From the NCBI RefSeq assembly GCF_006345805.1, contig NC_043005.1:102796001-102860000 (forward strand): a stretch of 64,000 nt of DNA, given 5' to 3'. A program made the position numbers and the translations under genes. Source of the stretch: Octopus sinensis (Eukaryota). The notes beneath the pieces are model-generated. The model was not told the DNA's origin. It made no database searches and worked only from the letters and a program-made list of their open reading frames with translations. Shown in pieces: positions 1-14,271 of this stretch. Positions within the stretch are counted from its first letter, which is position 1. Every line of letters begins with the position of its first letter.

Positions 1-1171
1 GATGTAATCTCTGCATGCATATGTACGTGTGCGTATGTGCATGTGTGCGAGGTTATATATGTACATATACTTATATGCAGATGTGTAAAATTAGTTACCT
101 GTATGGTAGGCTTACAATGTGATGATAAATGTGCAGAAATGTGGAAAACACTGATTTTATTATCTCAATTCATAGAAAAATAAAACTAGATAAAGAGAAG
201 AAGACAAAGTCACTAATTGCAATCAGTGAATCTCAAATAAAGTCACCTTCCCTTATGTTCAACCTTACGTCGAAAGCAAATTTTATTTTCAAGAAATTGA
301 ACATTGCGTACAATAAAACAAAACATGATTATCGGTCCTTATTTAAATTCTACTTCATTACGTATTCGCAAAAGGAAATTACCCAATTACTAACTTGGTC
401 TGAATGTAACTATTCAAATGTGATTTCAGTGACAATTTCGCCATAGTCTTGTAACTTGGTGATATTGGGCTGTTAACATTTGTACAGTTGAATAAAGGGA
501 AAATTTAATTAAGGACATTTTTGCCAGAGACTATTTTAATATTCTAAAGTACAAGACATTTACATAACAATTAGAGCTCTCTTCAAATCGGAATTTACTT
601 CTTACGCGATTTCATCAATCTATCGGAAATTGCAGTTGAGAGGAATAAAACAATCAATATTGATAGAAGTTCACCTAATTAATACAATCTGACTTTATTC
701 GCAGATATTCAATGGCATACACATACAAACACATTGGCTAGCACGGATATACACAGTACAATAGCAATGCGCGACACACTTATGTTAATTCATTAGTACG
801 ATCTCGTGTTGCTGTTTGCTGCTTTTCGTGTACTATTCACACGACGATTTGAAATTCCTAGTAGCCGAAATGTTAACACGAAATATTTCTAGTGGCACAT
901 GATAAAGAATTTGTTATTTGGCTATGCAAATATAATTGAATGAAATTTTCCACGTCTTGAGGTTGTTGAAAGTGAAACTTAGATGAAGTTCTCAGGAAGA
1001 ATCGAAATACCGAAAGAAGGGTTCTTTTCCCTCGAACACAGAATAGATATGTATGTGTGTGTGTGTATGCACGCCTAAAAAAATATATATATTATAAACA
1101 CTTACATAACTACACATCATACATGTGCTCATATGCATATCTATGTAAATAAATATTTGTGCATATATATA

Positions 1172-1210
<39 letters not shown>

Positions 1211-1212
<2 letters not shown>

Positions 1213-1394
1213 TAAAAACGGTAAGATAACAAAAGATGGAAGAGACCTCAATTTTATGTAAATAGAGGAAATTTATATGTAAAATAATATGTGACAATTA
1301 TTCGGTAGCCAAGATAAAAGTCTGACTTATTTCGGCATACGAAACTCAGAGTTTTATCTTGGCTACCGAATAATTTTCACATATTATTTTACAG

Positions 1395-1397
<3 letters not shown>
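1211..1397. mobile_element. Asymmetric fold-back element in (TA)n, probable Penelope-like element (PLE) end
   Basis: Inverted arms tgtaaaataatatgtgacaattattcggtagccaagataaaa / ttttatcttggctaccgaataattttcacatattattttaca, with a one-sided extension and (TA)n on both sides. Contains GAAACTCAGAGTT, the same HHR 3' half as at 10285. Confidence 0.6.
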
Positions 1398-1428
<31 letters not shown>

Positions 1429-1437
1429 GTATGTATA

Positions 1438-1511
<74 letters not shown>

Positions 1512-4066
1512 TAGATACATAAATATAAATATACATACAGAGAGAGAGGGAGAGAGACAGAAAGAGGCAGAGAGAAAGAGAAGGAAAGAGAAACAATTTG
1601 TTTCAAATCTCTTTAAATCTCTGAGGGGCATGTATACAGTAACAGTACCGAATAGTAATGTTTATTTGCCAACAGTGTGTGGCAATCCTATAAAGGACGA
1701 TGTTGCTGCTGTTTTAGTCCCAGTAAAAGATCTTTTCTAGCTGGCTATCAACACACATTTTGTGTCCGTATAGCAATTTGCAAGGGAGGTCATCGCTCCC
1801 ATACCTAGCCTTACGTGATACTCAGAGACTTTAGGTTTCTGAGTGGTTACCGGTGTTCCAATAGCAATTTGCATACATACATACATCCAGTCAGACATGC
1901 ATAGATATTGATATGCCCATGTACATACCCTGCCCTATTCAGAAATGCATTTCATGTTGCTAGCCGTGACAAATATAAAAAGAATGTTATGCACTTGAGT
2001 TACAGAATGCTCCATCTTTTTCCATTCAGAGTTCTTTTATTTCAGCTTAGTGAAATCTCGATTCGCATGCATAAGTGCAATTTTTATGTTGTATCACTGA
2101 ACTCAGAAGAGGTAATATGACCTGCATCCACAACAGTTATGTGCTTCCGATAAAGTATGCAGTCATTTTCATTCTGCACAAGCATTCATGAGAGCAGTTT
2201 CCAGAACTGTTGGGTTTTTATTCCTATTATGAGAGCATATGTATACTGTTACTGGTTAGATTTTCCTTTTCCCACATAAGTAGACTGTACACCACCTAAA
2301 ATCGTTAAGGTGCGTTCCTCAACGTACCAGCGACTTGTTGCTCAAACACATTTATGTATCTATGTATGTATACATCTACATGTGTAAATGCACACACGCA
2401 CACGCGCGCGTGCACATACACACGTGTACATATATACACTCATATACATGGATATAACGTCAAGCAATATAACTGAACAGAATGCTGCCGTCGGTTACCG
2501 ACATGCTGGCCGATAGCAACTACCCTTCTTAGCGTGGGTGGCTTGTTGGCAAATGTATGTAATGAAACATATTCGGAGGAGGAAAGAAAAAGTGAAAATG
2601 GTAGGCTTATTTTTTTCTGGATGAAATATGGAGGCTGCGTATATAGTTCCCTCTCGATCAAAATTTATTACCACTTTTCCTAAACGAATCTTCTAGCATA
2701 TAAGCAAATTCACATTTGGAGTTTAGGTAAGTGTCATAATTGTGTGAATGGTTCAAAAGTGTTCTCTCACAGCCTTGACCGAACCAGGGACTTCCAGCAT
2801 GTGTGATAAGACAATGAATGCTCTTTTATTTAGCATATAAAGCTAACTAAAATTTTGATGTAACGCCTTTTCTACAGCCTAAGAAAGCTAAAGCATAAAA
2901 AGAAAACCTCAATATGTATACCAGAACATCACCAAACAGTCCGGTCGCATCGGAATTCCTTCCCAGCAAGCAAATATAATCCCATGTTTATGCTCGCCTC
3001 CACACACATAGATATAAGAAATAAGCGGGACTGAAAAAAAAACAAAAACGAAAGCACGTTAGAATCACACCTCAAATAATGAAAATACTTTTTAGTAGTT
3101 ATGCAGCCATACAAATTATAACTGCGCTTAATCAATATCTGATTAAGCCAAACATGTTTTGTCTTAGAAACTTGGTACTTTGATGCAATCCCTGTCACTA
3201 TACAATACATCTTTACAGCGTATTAAATGCGTTCTTTTATATTATCCTACAGCGCAATGATCACAATCCAAAGTAATGTTGTTAACACGTTGGATCCTTG
3301 AAGCATTTTCTCAGAATTTGTCTTACTTCACATGTGTATTTATTCACCAGTTTCCTATTTCTGGAAAATCTCTATTTTAGCATTTTACAAATATATTATG
3401 GTTCCGTTTTAAAATATATTTTAACATGTTTTTTCTCTTTTGTGGGTAATATACGTCGAAAGGAAATGAAATATTCCTTTAAATAGAAATATATATGCAA
3501 TTCACCGACAGCATTTATGAAATAATATAAATTCTTTTTTTTTTTTGTTTATTTTTTGTATTACCTTATATTTCCGTGTTGTAGACTTATTAAGTACAGA
3601 AACTTCGAAAATGGCTAGTACTCTTTGTTGCTCTCCACAATATCGCGATTATCCTAGATGAACTTTAACCATCATGTTACTAAAACTATAAACTATATTA
3701 CTTTACTACAAAATGTGCTAAATAAATTCATTACTTCACATAAATCTTAAACCTTATGACACTGTGTTAATTTACGAATACAATTTTGAATATTTCCAAA
3801 GAACAAGAAAACAAAGTATTTTTTAAGAAAGCTGAACTGCAGCTACATGTTGGAAGATATTGCAGAGTAAGCTTCCTCTATCCACTACACTTGTCCGGTG
3901 CATTTTCGAGCAGCGATGAAGTCATGTTAAATATGGGAGTTCAAATGAGAAAGTAATGCAAGTGATCACCACCGATGGAGGAAGCCATTAAAGAAAGGGC
4001 TAGGTATTCTCGAAAAAACTCAAAGCAGTAATATAAATATATATAAATATAATATAAATATACGTT

Positions 4067-4213
4067 GGAGCAGGAGTGGATTGCTTTCGAACCACATGGT
4101 TCTGGGTTCAGTCCCACAGCGTAGCATCTTGAGCAAGTGTCTTCTACTATAGCCTCGGGCCGACCAAAGCCTTGTGATTGGATTTGGTAGACGGAAACTG
4201 AAAGAAGCCCGTC
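4067..4213 (+). mobile_element. tRNA-derived SINE family A, 5' half
   Basis: Matches the head of the full copies at 12036 and 16482 (ccacatggttc.gggttcagtcccac...ggaaactgaaagaagcccgtc). Confidence 0.85.
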
Positions 4214-4641
4214 ATTAATACTAACATTAAAGATCATAATAGTATAAGCAATAATAACGCTATTCGGATTAACAATAGCCACAGAACTAATAATGTAATG
4301 GCAGTAAACCCCAATAACATAAACCCAACACAGCCACACAGAACATGTGGTTGAAGAATAAGAAATAATAGGGCATTTAATAATACTTACATTAGAACGG
4401 AGGTAGTATATCAATGTGTATCGACTACACAATATGACAGCAAGGTATATGTGGGTGTGACATAAAACAATATGAAACAGAGACTGAATTACCATAACTA
4501 TACAATTTAAAACAGAAATAGTAGAAATTCTACAGGGTTAAGTAGCTATATATGGGAACTTAAGGATAGGGGAATTAACTATAATATAAATTGGAAAATA
4601 TTAACAATAGCACCTGCGGAGAATATAAATGCAGTGAGAAA

Positions 4642-5033
4642 TCTTTATATATAAAAGTCAAGTTGTGTCTGCCTCCTACGATTTAGATTCCTAACTACTA
4701 CCATATTTTGCGGTGCAGTTTAACCAAAACCGGGTATCTTATAGTCGTGATTCATATCCAGCCCTTCTGGGTATTAGCGCGCGTCTACGATGAGTCTACG
4801 ATTAAAAAAAAATTACCATCATTTTTTTCCATTTGAATGAATTTTTGCTATTATATAAGGGAAGTAACTCTCTAAAAATGTCTACGATGAGTCAACGATT
4901 TAAAAAAAAAATTACCATCATTTTTTTGCCATTTTTAATGTATTTTTTTGCTATTTTTTGGCTAAAACTCTCTTAAAATGCTTATATAGTTATTTCCCTT
5001 ACAAACCCGAGCAACGCCTGGCGATACTGCTAG
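4642..5033 (+). mobile_element. Non-autonomous Helitron
   Basis: Starts TC, ends CTAG, and lies between A and T. Subterminal GC-rich hairpin-like segment (cccgagcaacgcctggcg). Close second copy at 21449-21841. Internal tandem duplication. Confidence 0.8.
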
Positions 5034-5095
5034 TTGGGGATAAAAATGGGTTAAAAAACAAATATGAGTGAGAAGAATGAAGAATTTAATGAAGG

Positions 5096-5400
5096 TCATT
5101 CAACCGGTAATTTCTCCTACTACAGCCTCGGATCCATCAAAGCATCCCGAGTGGATGTGTTAGATGGAAATTAAAATATATCTATGTGTGTATCTTCGTG
5201 TTCATGCTTGTATCCCACCACCGTTTCGCAACCGATGGTGGTGTGTTGGCGTCCCCATAACATTAGCGGTTCGGCAAAAGGGAATTGATAGAATAATTAA
5301 TAAGCTTAACACATAAATCCTGGAGTCGATTTGTTCGACAAAAACCTTTGAAGATGGTGACACAGCCTCGTCGCAGTCAAATGATTGAAGTAAGTAAAAT
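5096..5400 (+). mobile_element. Degenerate SINE family A
   Basis: ttagcggttcggcaaaag...gtcgatttg.tcgac...gcagtcaaatga shared with the family A copies. Confidence 0.7.
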
Positions 5401-5545
5401 ACAATATATACACACACACAGACATATCCCTCCATCCATCCATATTGTACGTAGCTTATTAGTTGCATTTGCTGGGAGAGTAAATATAGGAGAATGAGTT
5501 TTCCCCTGAGCTCTCTCCCACTTCCTTTGTATATATATATATAAT

Positions 5546-5585
<40 letters not shown>

Positions 5586-5586
5586 T

Positions 5587-5671
<85 letters not shown>
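5546..5671. repeat. (GATA)n microsatellite
   Basis: Direct tetranucleotide run. Confidence 0.95.
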
Positions 5672-5672
<1 letters not shown>

Positions 5673-5689
5673 TCGGCATGATAATTCGG

Positions 5690-5845
5690 TAGCCACTACA
5701 CACATTTTTTCTCTCCTTGTTTCTTTCTGTGTTCCTTTCTGTAGAAGTGCGTAAGCTCGAAACGTTAAAGACTCTCAATTCCCGGGCGTTATACTAATAC
5801 ATATGTTTGTTTTCTACACCACCTATCTTCAACTTTAGTTTTTTC

Positions 5846-5852
<7 letters not shown>
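5690..5852 (+). mobile_element. PLE-like terminal fragment with degenerate minimal HHR (5735-5770)
   Basis: cttt-CTGTAGA-a-gtgc-gtaa-gctc-GAAAC-GTT-aaag. Homologous to 19650-19810, 44128-44327 and 48947-49050. Confidence 0.55.
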
Positions 5853-5923
<71 letters not shown>

Positions 5924-6898
5924 ATATATTGATATTGATGTATAAATAGTTTGATGGATAGATCGACAGAGAGATAAATAGGAAGATAGAGAAACAGACC
6001 GTCAGGCAGATAGAAAGATTTCATGAGATCAAAGTTCAGTGTTGAAAGCCAATGTAGATTTCGAGAATATATATGTGTGCATCTGCATGTGCATATAATT
6101 GGTAAATCTATTGCAGTCTGCAACATTGAGTCAGCTTGTATGGATGGAAAGCTATGCACATAGGTAAATAGGCAAAAAGCTTATGACTGGTGCAGCTTCG
6201 TGTATTTCTCTATACCACCGTATACGAATAGTGATATATACATACACGTGTATAAACAGACACATCTATATAGTATGTGTGTGTGTGTGTGAGTATGCTC
6301 ACTGACACATATACATACGTATGTGCATAGATACATTTGTATCTAATAACGTTACTGTGCGCATGATCATGTGAGTATGTTAATGTGCAGTAAGAATGTG
6401 TATATATGTGTGAATATTGGTTGAATCACACAGCGATTCATTTACATAAAACTGGTGCCTGAGTTATAATTATAATTATCAATACGCAGCCATGCATATC
6501 TTAGCTAAGAATTGTGTAAAACTATGTTGAAAATAGAAATAATCTTGCGAGACCTTATACGTTTTGAAATCTATATTTCTAATCAGAATTTAGTATGGCA
6601 ACTTCACTTTAGCGAAACTAAATACTCCCCATCAATTTCTTTTTCATCATTTTCCCAGTAGCATATGTAAGAGATGTTGAATGTTTTGTTTGCTTTATAT
6701 ATTTGCTACGCCCTCTTCTACCTTACTTCTGAGCTCGCGTATCATTTGTTCAATACCTCTACACATCGATGCGCTTCGTTCGTTTACAATTAAGTAAAAC
6801 GATAGTATAGAGATATTGACTCTCTGAAATACTATGGTTGAGGTCACAAGTCGCAACTAGTAGATTCGCGCTTTCATCATATTTAGTTTTTGCGTTTC

Positions 6899-6931
<33 letters not shown>

Positions 6932-8193
6932 GTTTTATTCTATTTATCTTTCTTTCTTTGCTATACATGGTTTATCGCTAGAGGCGCTTGATATACTTGA
7001 TGTCCGGATGCTGTTTGTAGCAATTTAACGCTTCATGTGTTCAGACTGGCTCAGTGAACGGAGAGTAATGTGTGTGTGTGGAAGGTGTAGATCTCAACCA
7101 ATCGCTTTCTTGTGTTCTCATCATAAATATCGGCCTCTGCTTCAGTGGAATTGTGTCAACAATATTCCTATTGTGAAATTCAATATTTTGTCAATCCACC
7201 AACAGGCTGTAAGTTGTTTGTGGCTATATTAATTTCGTCCATCAGCCTCGTTCTTCACTGGTAAAATATTTAGTTGTGATGCTACTGTTATTAATGACAG
7301 ATACTTCTTTTACGTTGTTGTTAATCTTGTTCCTTAAATATCAATGTTTACCAATCTTTTCTTACTTTATCAGATTTATTTATATTCTTTGATTTTTTTT
7401 AAAACTATTTTATTTGATATTTTTCCGCAGTAATTTTACAAAAAAAAAAGAAAAACGAAAAACAAAACAAAGGTATATATTTTATTAATATTTTATTAAT
7501 ATTATTAGTAATATTATAGTAAAGCTGCAGTGTATTAATAATGTTCTAGCTATTCCTGCTATCCTTGTCACTTTAGATGTTGCACGTGCCTTGTAAAACG
7601 TACTTTTTTATGTATTATATTTTTGTTATACAAATATATAAAACGATAGGAACTATTAAATTATCGAAAAATCACCAGGATGTTATTGAGATATTAGAAT
7701 TATTGGAATATTATCGGAAAATATATATATCGTAGTTATAATTAGAGGACGGTTGCTGTCGCACACACATTAAAAAGAGAAGAGAATGAATGTCTGTAGG
7801 GAATCAATAGTAAGATTACAAGAAGCGCAAAAATGAAGCAATGGTAATAGTATAGACATCAGATAGAAGGAATCAACTTTGAATACTAGAAAAATAACAT
7901 GTAATTATGAGTAAAAAATTGCCCCCACACTTTGCTGCTCATTATATCAAGATATCCTTATAAGATACGTAGCACTTTTCATAAAAATGTTTGAAGCCTA
8001 GATTCAGTTTCAGGAATGCTGACTATTTTCCCCAGATACAAGGAAAAGTGGAACAAAGGAAAACATAGCATGCAAAATGTTTTAAGTTATGTAAATGAAC
8101 GTGTATATCTGTATAGATGTAAAGACATATATATATTAAAATATTTCTATGCATCCCACTTTCTCTGTGTGAGTGTATATATATATATACATC

Positions 8194-8571
8194 CTTTTAT
8201 TCTTTTACTCATTTCAGTCATTTGACTGCGGCCAGGCTGTAGCAGCGCCTTTAGTCGAAAAAATCGACTTATTCTTTGCAAACCTAGTACTTATTCTTTT
8301 GCCGAATCGTTAAGTTACGGGGACGTAAACACACTAACATCATTTGTCAAAGTGATCAAAAAGGGGGACAAACACAGACACACACACTAACATATATATA
8401 CATATATACGACGGCCTTCTTTCAGTTTCCGTCTGCCAAATCCACACAAAAGGCTTTGGTCGGCCCGAAGCTATAGCAGTAGACACCTTGCCAAGGTGAC
8501 ATGCAGTGTGACTGAAGCCGGAATCATGTGTTTTGAAAGGATGTTTCTTACCACACAGCCACACCTGCGCC
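8194..8571 (-). mobile_element. tRNA-derived SINE family A
   Basis: Reverse complement of the 12036/16482 copies, including the central (TA)(TG) tract and the aaaagagt tail. Confidence 0.9.
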
Positions 8572-9284
8572 TATTAACATATATATCTCCTCTGCATCTT
8601 TCCCTTTGTCTCTGATTTTTTTCTAATCCTTCGATCTCACTAACCGCTACCAATTTCACCTCTTTCCACGTGACCGGTGTCCGGCCAGCTATGATATTTC
8701 CCTCTTGGCCTGACTGCCGACCGTCAACACGTCTTGTGTCCATCTCCTATGTTCCTACCTTTAGGCTTTCACTCCATGCCAGATCATTTTCAATCGTTCT
8801 CAGTCAAAAGACGCCTGTTGTTATTTCTTGTTGCTTGTATTCGTAATTCTATACCATGTTCTCCGTTTTTTGCTTGTTTGTTTTTCTTTGTTGCCGTACA
8901 CATTCGGTAGCTTTCTTACAAAGGGGTCTAATGGTCTTAGCTTAGATCAAACCATCTCGAGTGTTAATGTCCGAAATGATCGTGAATTCTGGTACTTGTC
9001 TCAAGAAAAAATGCGAAGAATGACCCTTGTTTTTTGCCTGTCCTTCAATTTCTTGTTTTTCTTCTCCGCCTTTGTGTCGTCCATCTGTCTGAACGTTTTA
9101 ATACCCTCTATTGCAATTTGTTCCATTGCATGAGTAACACGTTATAGCTTCATCGAAACCTCGAATATCAAGTGCAATGTATAATGGAAAAAGCATTACC
9201 AATGAGAAAGCAAATACGTGAGGGATGAAAATCAACGGCTCCTCCCATAATATATATGTGTGTGTGTATGTGTGTGTGTTGTGT

Positions 9285-9390
<106 letters not shown>

Positions 9391-10208
9391 TATATGTATA
9401 TATATATAAAAAAAACTTATAAAAAATTATAAAATTCGAGGAAAAAACCTTACATTGAATAAAATACATATTGACGTTAATGAAGAAAGTATAAATTAAT
9501 TCATAGAAATTAAACCTGTTATAAATATTACACTGCAATACATATTTTTATTAAAATGTGCATATATATATCAACATACACAAAAGTTTGCGTGAATATA
9601 TGTACACATGACATATATATTATTGATAAAATATAGAGATGTACTATTTTGCTTTTCCAGTAGGAGAATCTTCTTTACCGTTTCTTCATTCTCACTTGCA
9701 TTTTACTCTCAGAAGTATTGTTAGATTATTGAAGCGGAATAGAATAAAGGGATGAAGAAATGAGTATAAGGAACCGTGAAAAAGGATGGCCAAGCAGGGA
9801 ACACTTCCCGTTACGACTTCCGGTCGGTCCATGTGCATTCATACAGCCTTTCATATGCACGAATATTTTAGAGATTAATGAGGAGAGAGTAATAGACTGA
9901 TTTAATATAGTGTAGCATCAACAGTAAGCGTAAAAGTAACAATACTATCAATAGAATGGTGGTAAAATATCGTTAATATTCTACCATAACACCATATTAA
10001 ATATAATAATAACAAGAGTAAGCTTAAATACTATGGTCAACTACCAGAATACCCCAAATTGTCAGAACTTAAAAAAATTATTCTCATGCTTGCCCCTCCC
10101 CCACCTTATACGATCCCGTGCAAAAGCTTGACTATCTGATTCTCTTGAAACTCATTCAATATGTATATATATATACTTTATTTAAAGCAGCAGAAAATTC
10201 AACAAAAT

Positions 10209-10246
10209 CTGTTACTCTGAGTTTCTCGTTGCCGTTCATCAGACAG
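10209..10246 (-). ncRNA. Type I hammerhead ribozyme motif
   Basis: Minus strand: ctgt-CTGATGA-a-cg-GCAA-cg-a-GAAAC-tcaga-GTA-acag. Stem I extends to about 12 bp with one mismatch. Confidence 0.7.
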
Positions 10247-10263
10247 TTTTTGTCTAACAAAAA

Positions 10264-10301
10264 CTGTCTGAGGAACAGCAACGAGAAACTCAGAGTAACA
10301 G
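10264..10301 (+). ncRNA. Type I hammerhead ribozyme motif (stem II mutated)
   Basis: ctgt-CTGAGGA-acagcaacga-GAAAC-tcaga-GTA-acag. Inverted copy of 10209-10246. Confidence 0.6.
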
Positions 10302-10419
10302 ATTTTGTTGAATTTTCTGCTGCTTTAAATAAAGCATATTACTCTACCACTGGTATTTGAGTACTCTTTTTTCCACCTTGTTTCAGATTTATGTGTTTAC
10401 TCCGGTAGATATATATATA

Positions 10420-10466
<47 letters not shown>

Positions 10467-11274
10467 GTATGTAAGTATGTATGTATGTATGTATGTATGA
10501 ATGTATGTGCGTATGTATATATGTACACATACACATCCTATATTTCTTCTTAATGGTGCCAAACCTCAACATAAGTACGAAAATTTAAAGCAACGCTCGA
10601 TTCTCATATTTTGAACTTGGTTTCCTTTTTTATCCAATTTTTCTTGTTATTCTTCTTCTAAGTCCCAGCATTACAGTAAGCCATCTTTATACTATTAATC
10701 CACAAATATGCTAATTATATTTAAATCCTATGGTATAAATTTACAAAATCTTCACATATATCAGCACTAAAATTGTACAGGTCCAGAATTACGCGAACCT
10801 TTAGAAATATAAATTTTTAGACGCCTTTTGATGCTTTATGCACAGTAAACACAATCCTATCAAATTTGTGCACATCGATCATTGTCTCGCTGTATTTGAA
10901 TATATAAAAAATGAATAAATTTTCTCAATCACTATTTCCCACTACTCTTTTACCAGTTACCATACACTATCATCCTACTAGGATCCAACAACAAAACAAA
11001 ATGTCCTAGAATCAGTTTAAGTTATTCGCAATCGTATTACAACATAACATAAAAAAGATACGGAAGCACCAAGGCTAGTTCTATCACAGTTTTCTTTTTT
11101 TCATTGTGACATTATCATATATAGAGAGCAATGAGAAATCGAAAACCATTTTGCTTAAACTCGCAATAATTTCAGAAATAAAAAAAAATGCTTATACGCC
11201 GCACGCGCATACACTCACACTCATACACATATTTTCTATGTTTACACACTGTGAGACGAACACACATGTGTATG

Positions 11275-11503
11275 TATTTCTTTACTACCCACAAGGGGCT
11301 AAACACAGAAGGGACAAACAAGGGAAGACAAACGGTTTAAGTCGATTACATCGACCCCAGTGCGTAACTGGTACTTAATTTATCGACCCCGAAAGGATGA
11401 AAGGCAAAGTTGACATCGGCGGAATGTGAACTCAGAACGTAACGGCAGACGAAATACGGTTACTATTTCGTCCAGCGTGCTAACGTTTCTGCCAGCTCGC
11501 CGC
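11275..11503 (-). mobile_element. tRNA-derived SINE family B
   Basis: Minus strand shows a tRNA-like head (gcggcgagctggcagaa...gagttcac) and the central cctttcatcctttcggggtcgataaa..agtacc domain. Second copy at 17475. Confidence 0.85.
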
Positions 11504-11848
11504 GTTATACACATATGTATATGTATGAATGTGAGTACATATGTATGAAAGTATTATGCACATCTGTACATGTATGTGTATACATATAATGGTCATTCAG
11601 TGATTTACTGAACTATTCTAATATATATTATATTAGGATAGTTCAATTATTGGGATTTCAGTCAACATATTTGTGGACATACAATTTCAAATAATGCAAG
11701 ATCATATAACGTATATTTATGATGGAAAATTCGTGGTATTTATATGCACATGAAGAAATGATACTTGAGGATAAAACCAGTACAATAGCAGGGTATAAAA
11801 TACACTACCTTAATTAACCCTTAATTAAGTTAAATTATAATTAGAAAG

Positions 11849-11930
11849 GAACTACACATGTTTCTGTATTGGAAGATCTGAATACATGTAATGATCATGT
11901 TTATAATTCTACCAACACATCTTCATGTTC
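11849..11930 (-). ncRNA. Degenerate hammerhead ribozyme with long stem II
   Basis: Minus strand: gaac-ATGAAGA-tgtgttggtaga...tcttccaataca-GAAAC-atgt-GTA-gttc. All stems pair, but the core has a C3A change. Confidence 0.6.
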
Positions 11931-12035
11931 ATTTTTCATAATGTTGTTCAGCTATTTTAAATCGTCATAATAATCAAGCGTTAAATTAAAAATTACGAGT
12001 TGAAAAATCAGAGATTATAAATATAAATTAGCATA

Positions 12036-12457
12036 GGCGCAGGAGTGGCTGCGTGGTAAGTAGCTTGCTAACCAACCACAGGGTTCCGGGTTCCGTCCCA
12101 CTGCGTGGCACCTTGGGTAAGTGTCTTCTGCTATAGCCCCGGGCCGACCAATGCCTTCTGAGTGGATTTGGTAGACGGAAACTGAAAGAAGCCCGTCGTA
12201 TATATGTATATATATATATGTGTGTGTGTGCGTGTATGTTTGTGTGTTTGTGTTTATCCCCCTAGCATTGCTTGACAACCGATGCTGGTGTGTTTACGTC
12301 CCCGTCCCTTAGCGGTTCGGCAAAAGAGACCGATTGAATAAGTACTGGGCTTACAAAAGAATAAGTCCCGGGGTCGATTTGCTCGATTAAAGGTGGTGCT
12401 CCAGCATGACCGCAGTCAAATGACTGAAACAAGTAAAAGAGTAAAAGAGTAAAGAGT
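12036..12457 (+). mobile_element. tRNA-derived SINE family A, full length
   Basis: A box (tggc..tggtaag) and B box (ggttccgtccc), CORE-like ccttgggtaag, internal microsatellite, (gtaaaaga)n tail. Confidence 0.92.
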
Positions 12458-12714
12458 ATACGTTTATCAAATATAGAAAGTCCAATATAAAATCATTGAA
12501 TCATAAAATTATAAATCAGAATCAGTCTGTGATTAAAAGTAAAAAAATAAAGACACATATCCCATTGTGAAAGGTTCAAGATGTCATCCAAAATGGCGAT
12601 TAGTGGAAGTGAATATAGCAGAGCACTATGGGAATTCATAGGTGGTTAGTTCTAAGGGAGGTTACTTCACTATGTAAAGTTTAAATAATTTATCTGCTTC
12701 TATTATATATATAT

Positions 12715-12769
<55 letters not shown>

Positions 12770-12818
12770 TAGATACATATATGTATGTATGTATGTATGT
12801 ATATATATATATATGTAT

Positions 12819-12855
<37 letters not shown>

Positions 12856-12859
12856 GTAT

Positions 12860-13255
12860 AACATATTAGAAAAAAAACACCTTTTATCAATTCAAAATGA
12901 ATAATTAAATTACACCATCTGGAAAACTACATATAATAGAAAAGTTAAAATTAAAATAACAATTAAAAGGTAAAGATTAAGTAAATCACAAAAATAAAAT
13001 AATATATACCTATTATATACATTATATTATTTTTGTAATTTACTTAATCTTTACTTTTTAGTTGTTATTTTAATTTTAACTTTTTTATTATATCTAATTT
13101 TCTAGATGGTATAATCTAACTGTTCATTTTGAATTGATAATAGGTGGGTTTTTTCTAATATTTTATATATATATTATATTGCATGGAATTTGATTTAGCA
13201 TTTCTAAATTGAATTCTTTTTCCTCGTAATTTGGATTTTATTCTCTCAAATAAAA
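12860..13255. mobile_element. AT-rich asymmetric fold-back element in (TA)n (PLE-like end)
   Basis: ~150-bp diverged inverted arms centred near 13010. The extension at 13170-13250 matches the reverse complement of 37322-37400. Confidence 0.6.
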
Positions 13256-13257
13256 AT

Positions 13258-13358
<101 letters not shown>

Positions 13359-14271
13359 AAGATGTAGGAGGAGAGAGAATCTGAGTGTGTGAGTAGAGAG
13401 CACAAGAGAAACTAGAGACGAATATGATAGCGAGTGCATGATACAGACCTGACAAAGACCTGCTGGTTGTACAGTGTATTTCATACTACACAGACACCCA
13501 CTCACACCCACACACACACCCTCACACCCACACACACACACCTATATATATATCCACCAGATTTTTCAATTCTTATATTGACATATCTTGAATCGTTTAT
13601 CATATTTTCACATTTTTCTAACGAACATGGAAATATGTCAATGCATAATATAGAACAACATCAACAACAACAAGCATTGGTAACCGTCACAGAAAGTGGT
13701 GCAAACATTTTCATACAAACTGTTGTTGGGTAGATTGGCTTCGTGAAATTATAGGCAAATATCTTTTTGATCTCTAGGGATAAAATGAAACCTAGATTTG
13801 AATATTAAGGTGTTTAAATATTTATCACATCCTATGTGATAAAATGACTTAAAAACTCTGTACTTCTTGAATTGGACCATCGTTGATTTTTTTTCCAATT
13901 TATGTGAAGGTGCAGTCAATTATATATACACTATTATGTTATTGAAATTTTAATTTTGAGGACTGCAAGCAAGAAAACAATGAAAATTGATTCTAAATTC
14001 ATTGCTTCAAACTCTTATTAAATATTGTTATATTTGAAACTTTACAAATTCTCTCAAATAACTAACAGCAATAAAATTGGTATCGGCGTTACTTCCACGA
14101 TATATGAATTTTCTTATTTCGCTTTTATGCATAACATTGTTGAATTTATGTCGTGTTACGTCATTAGGCAAAATATAATTAGGTTTCATATTGTCGACTT
14201 ACTAAAATTGGTTGAAATTGTGACACAAGCATTTGCTTTATTATACTAAATAGCTTCGACCTTATTTTCTA

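Larger units (their letters stand above)
10176..10408. mobile_element. Fold-back PLE-like end with two facing HHR motifs
   Basis: ~78-bp near-perfect inverted arms (10176-10253 / 10257-10334) plus a one-sided extension, flanked by (TA)n. Confidence 0.75.
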
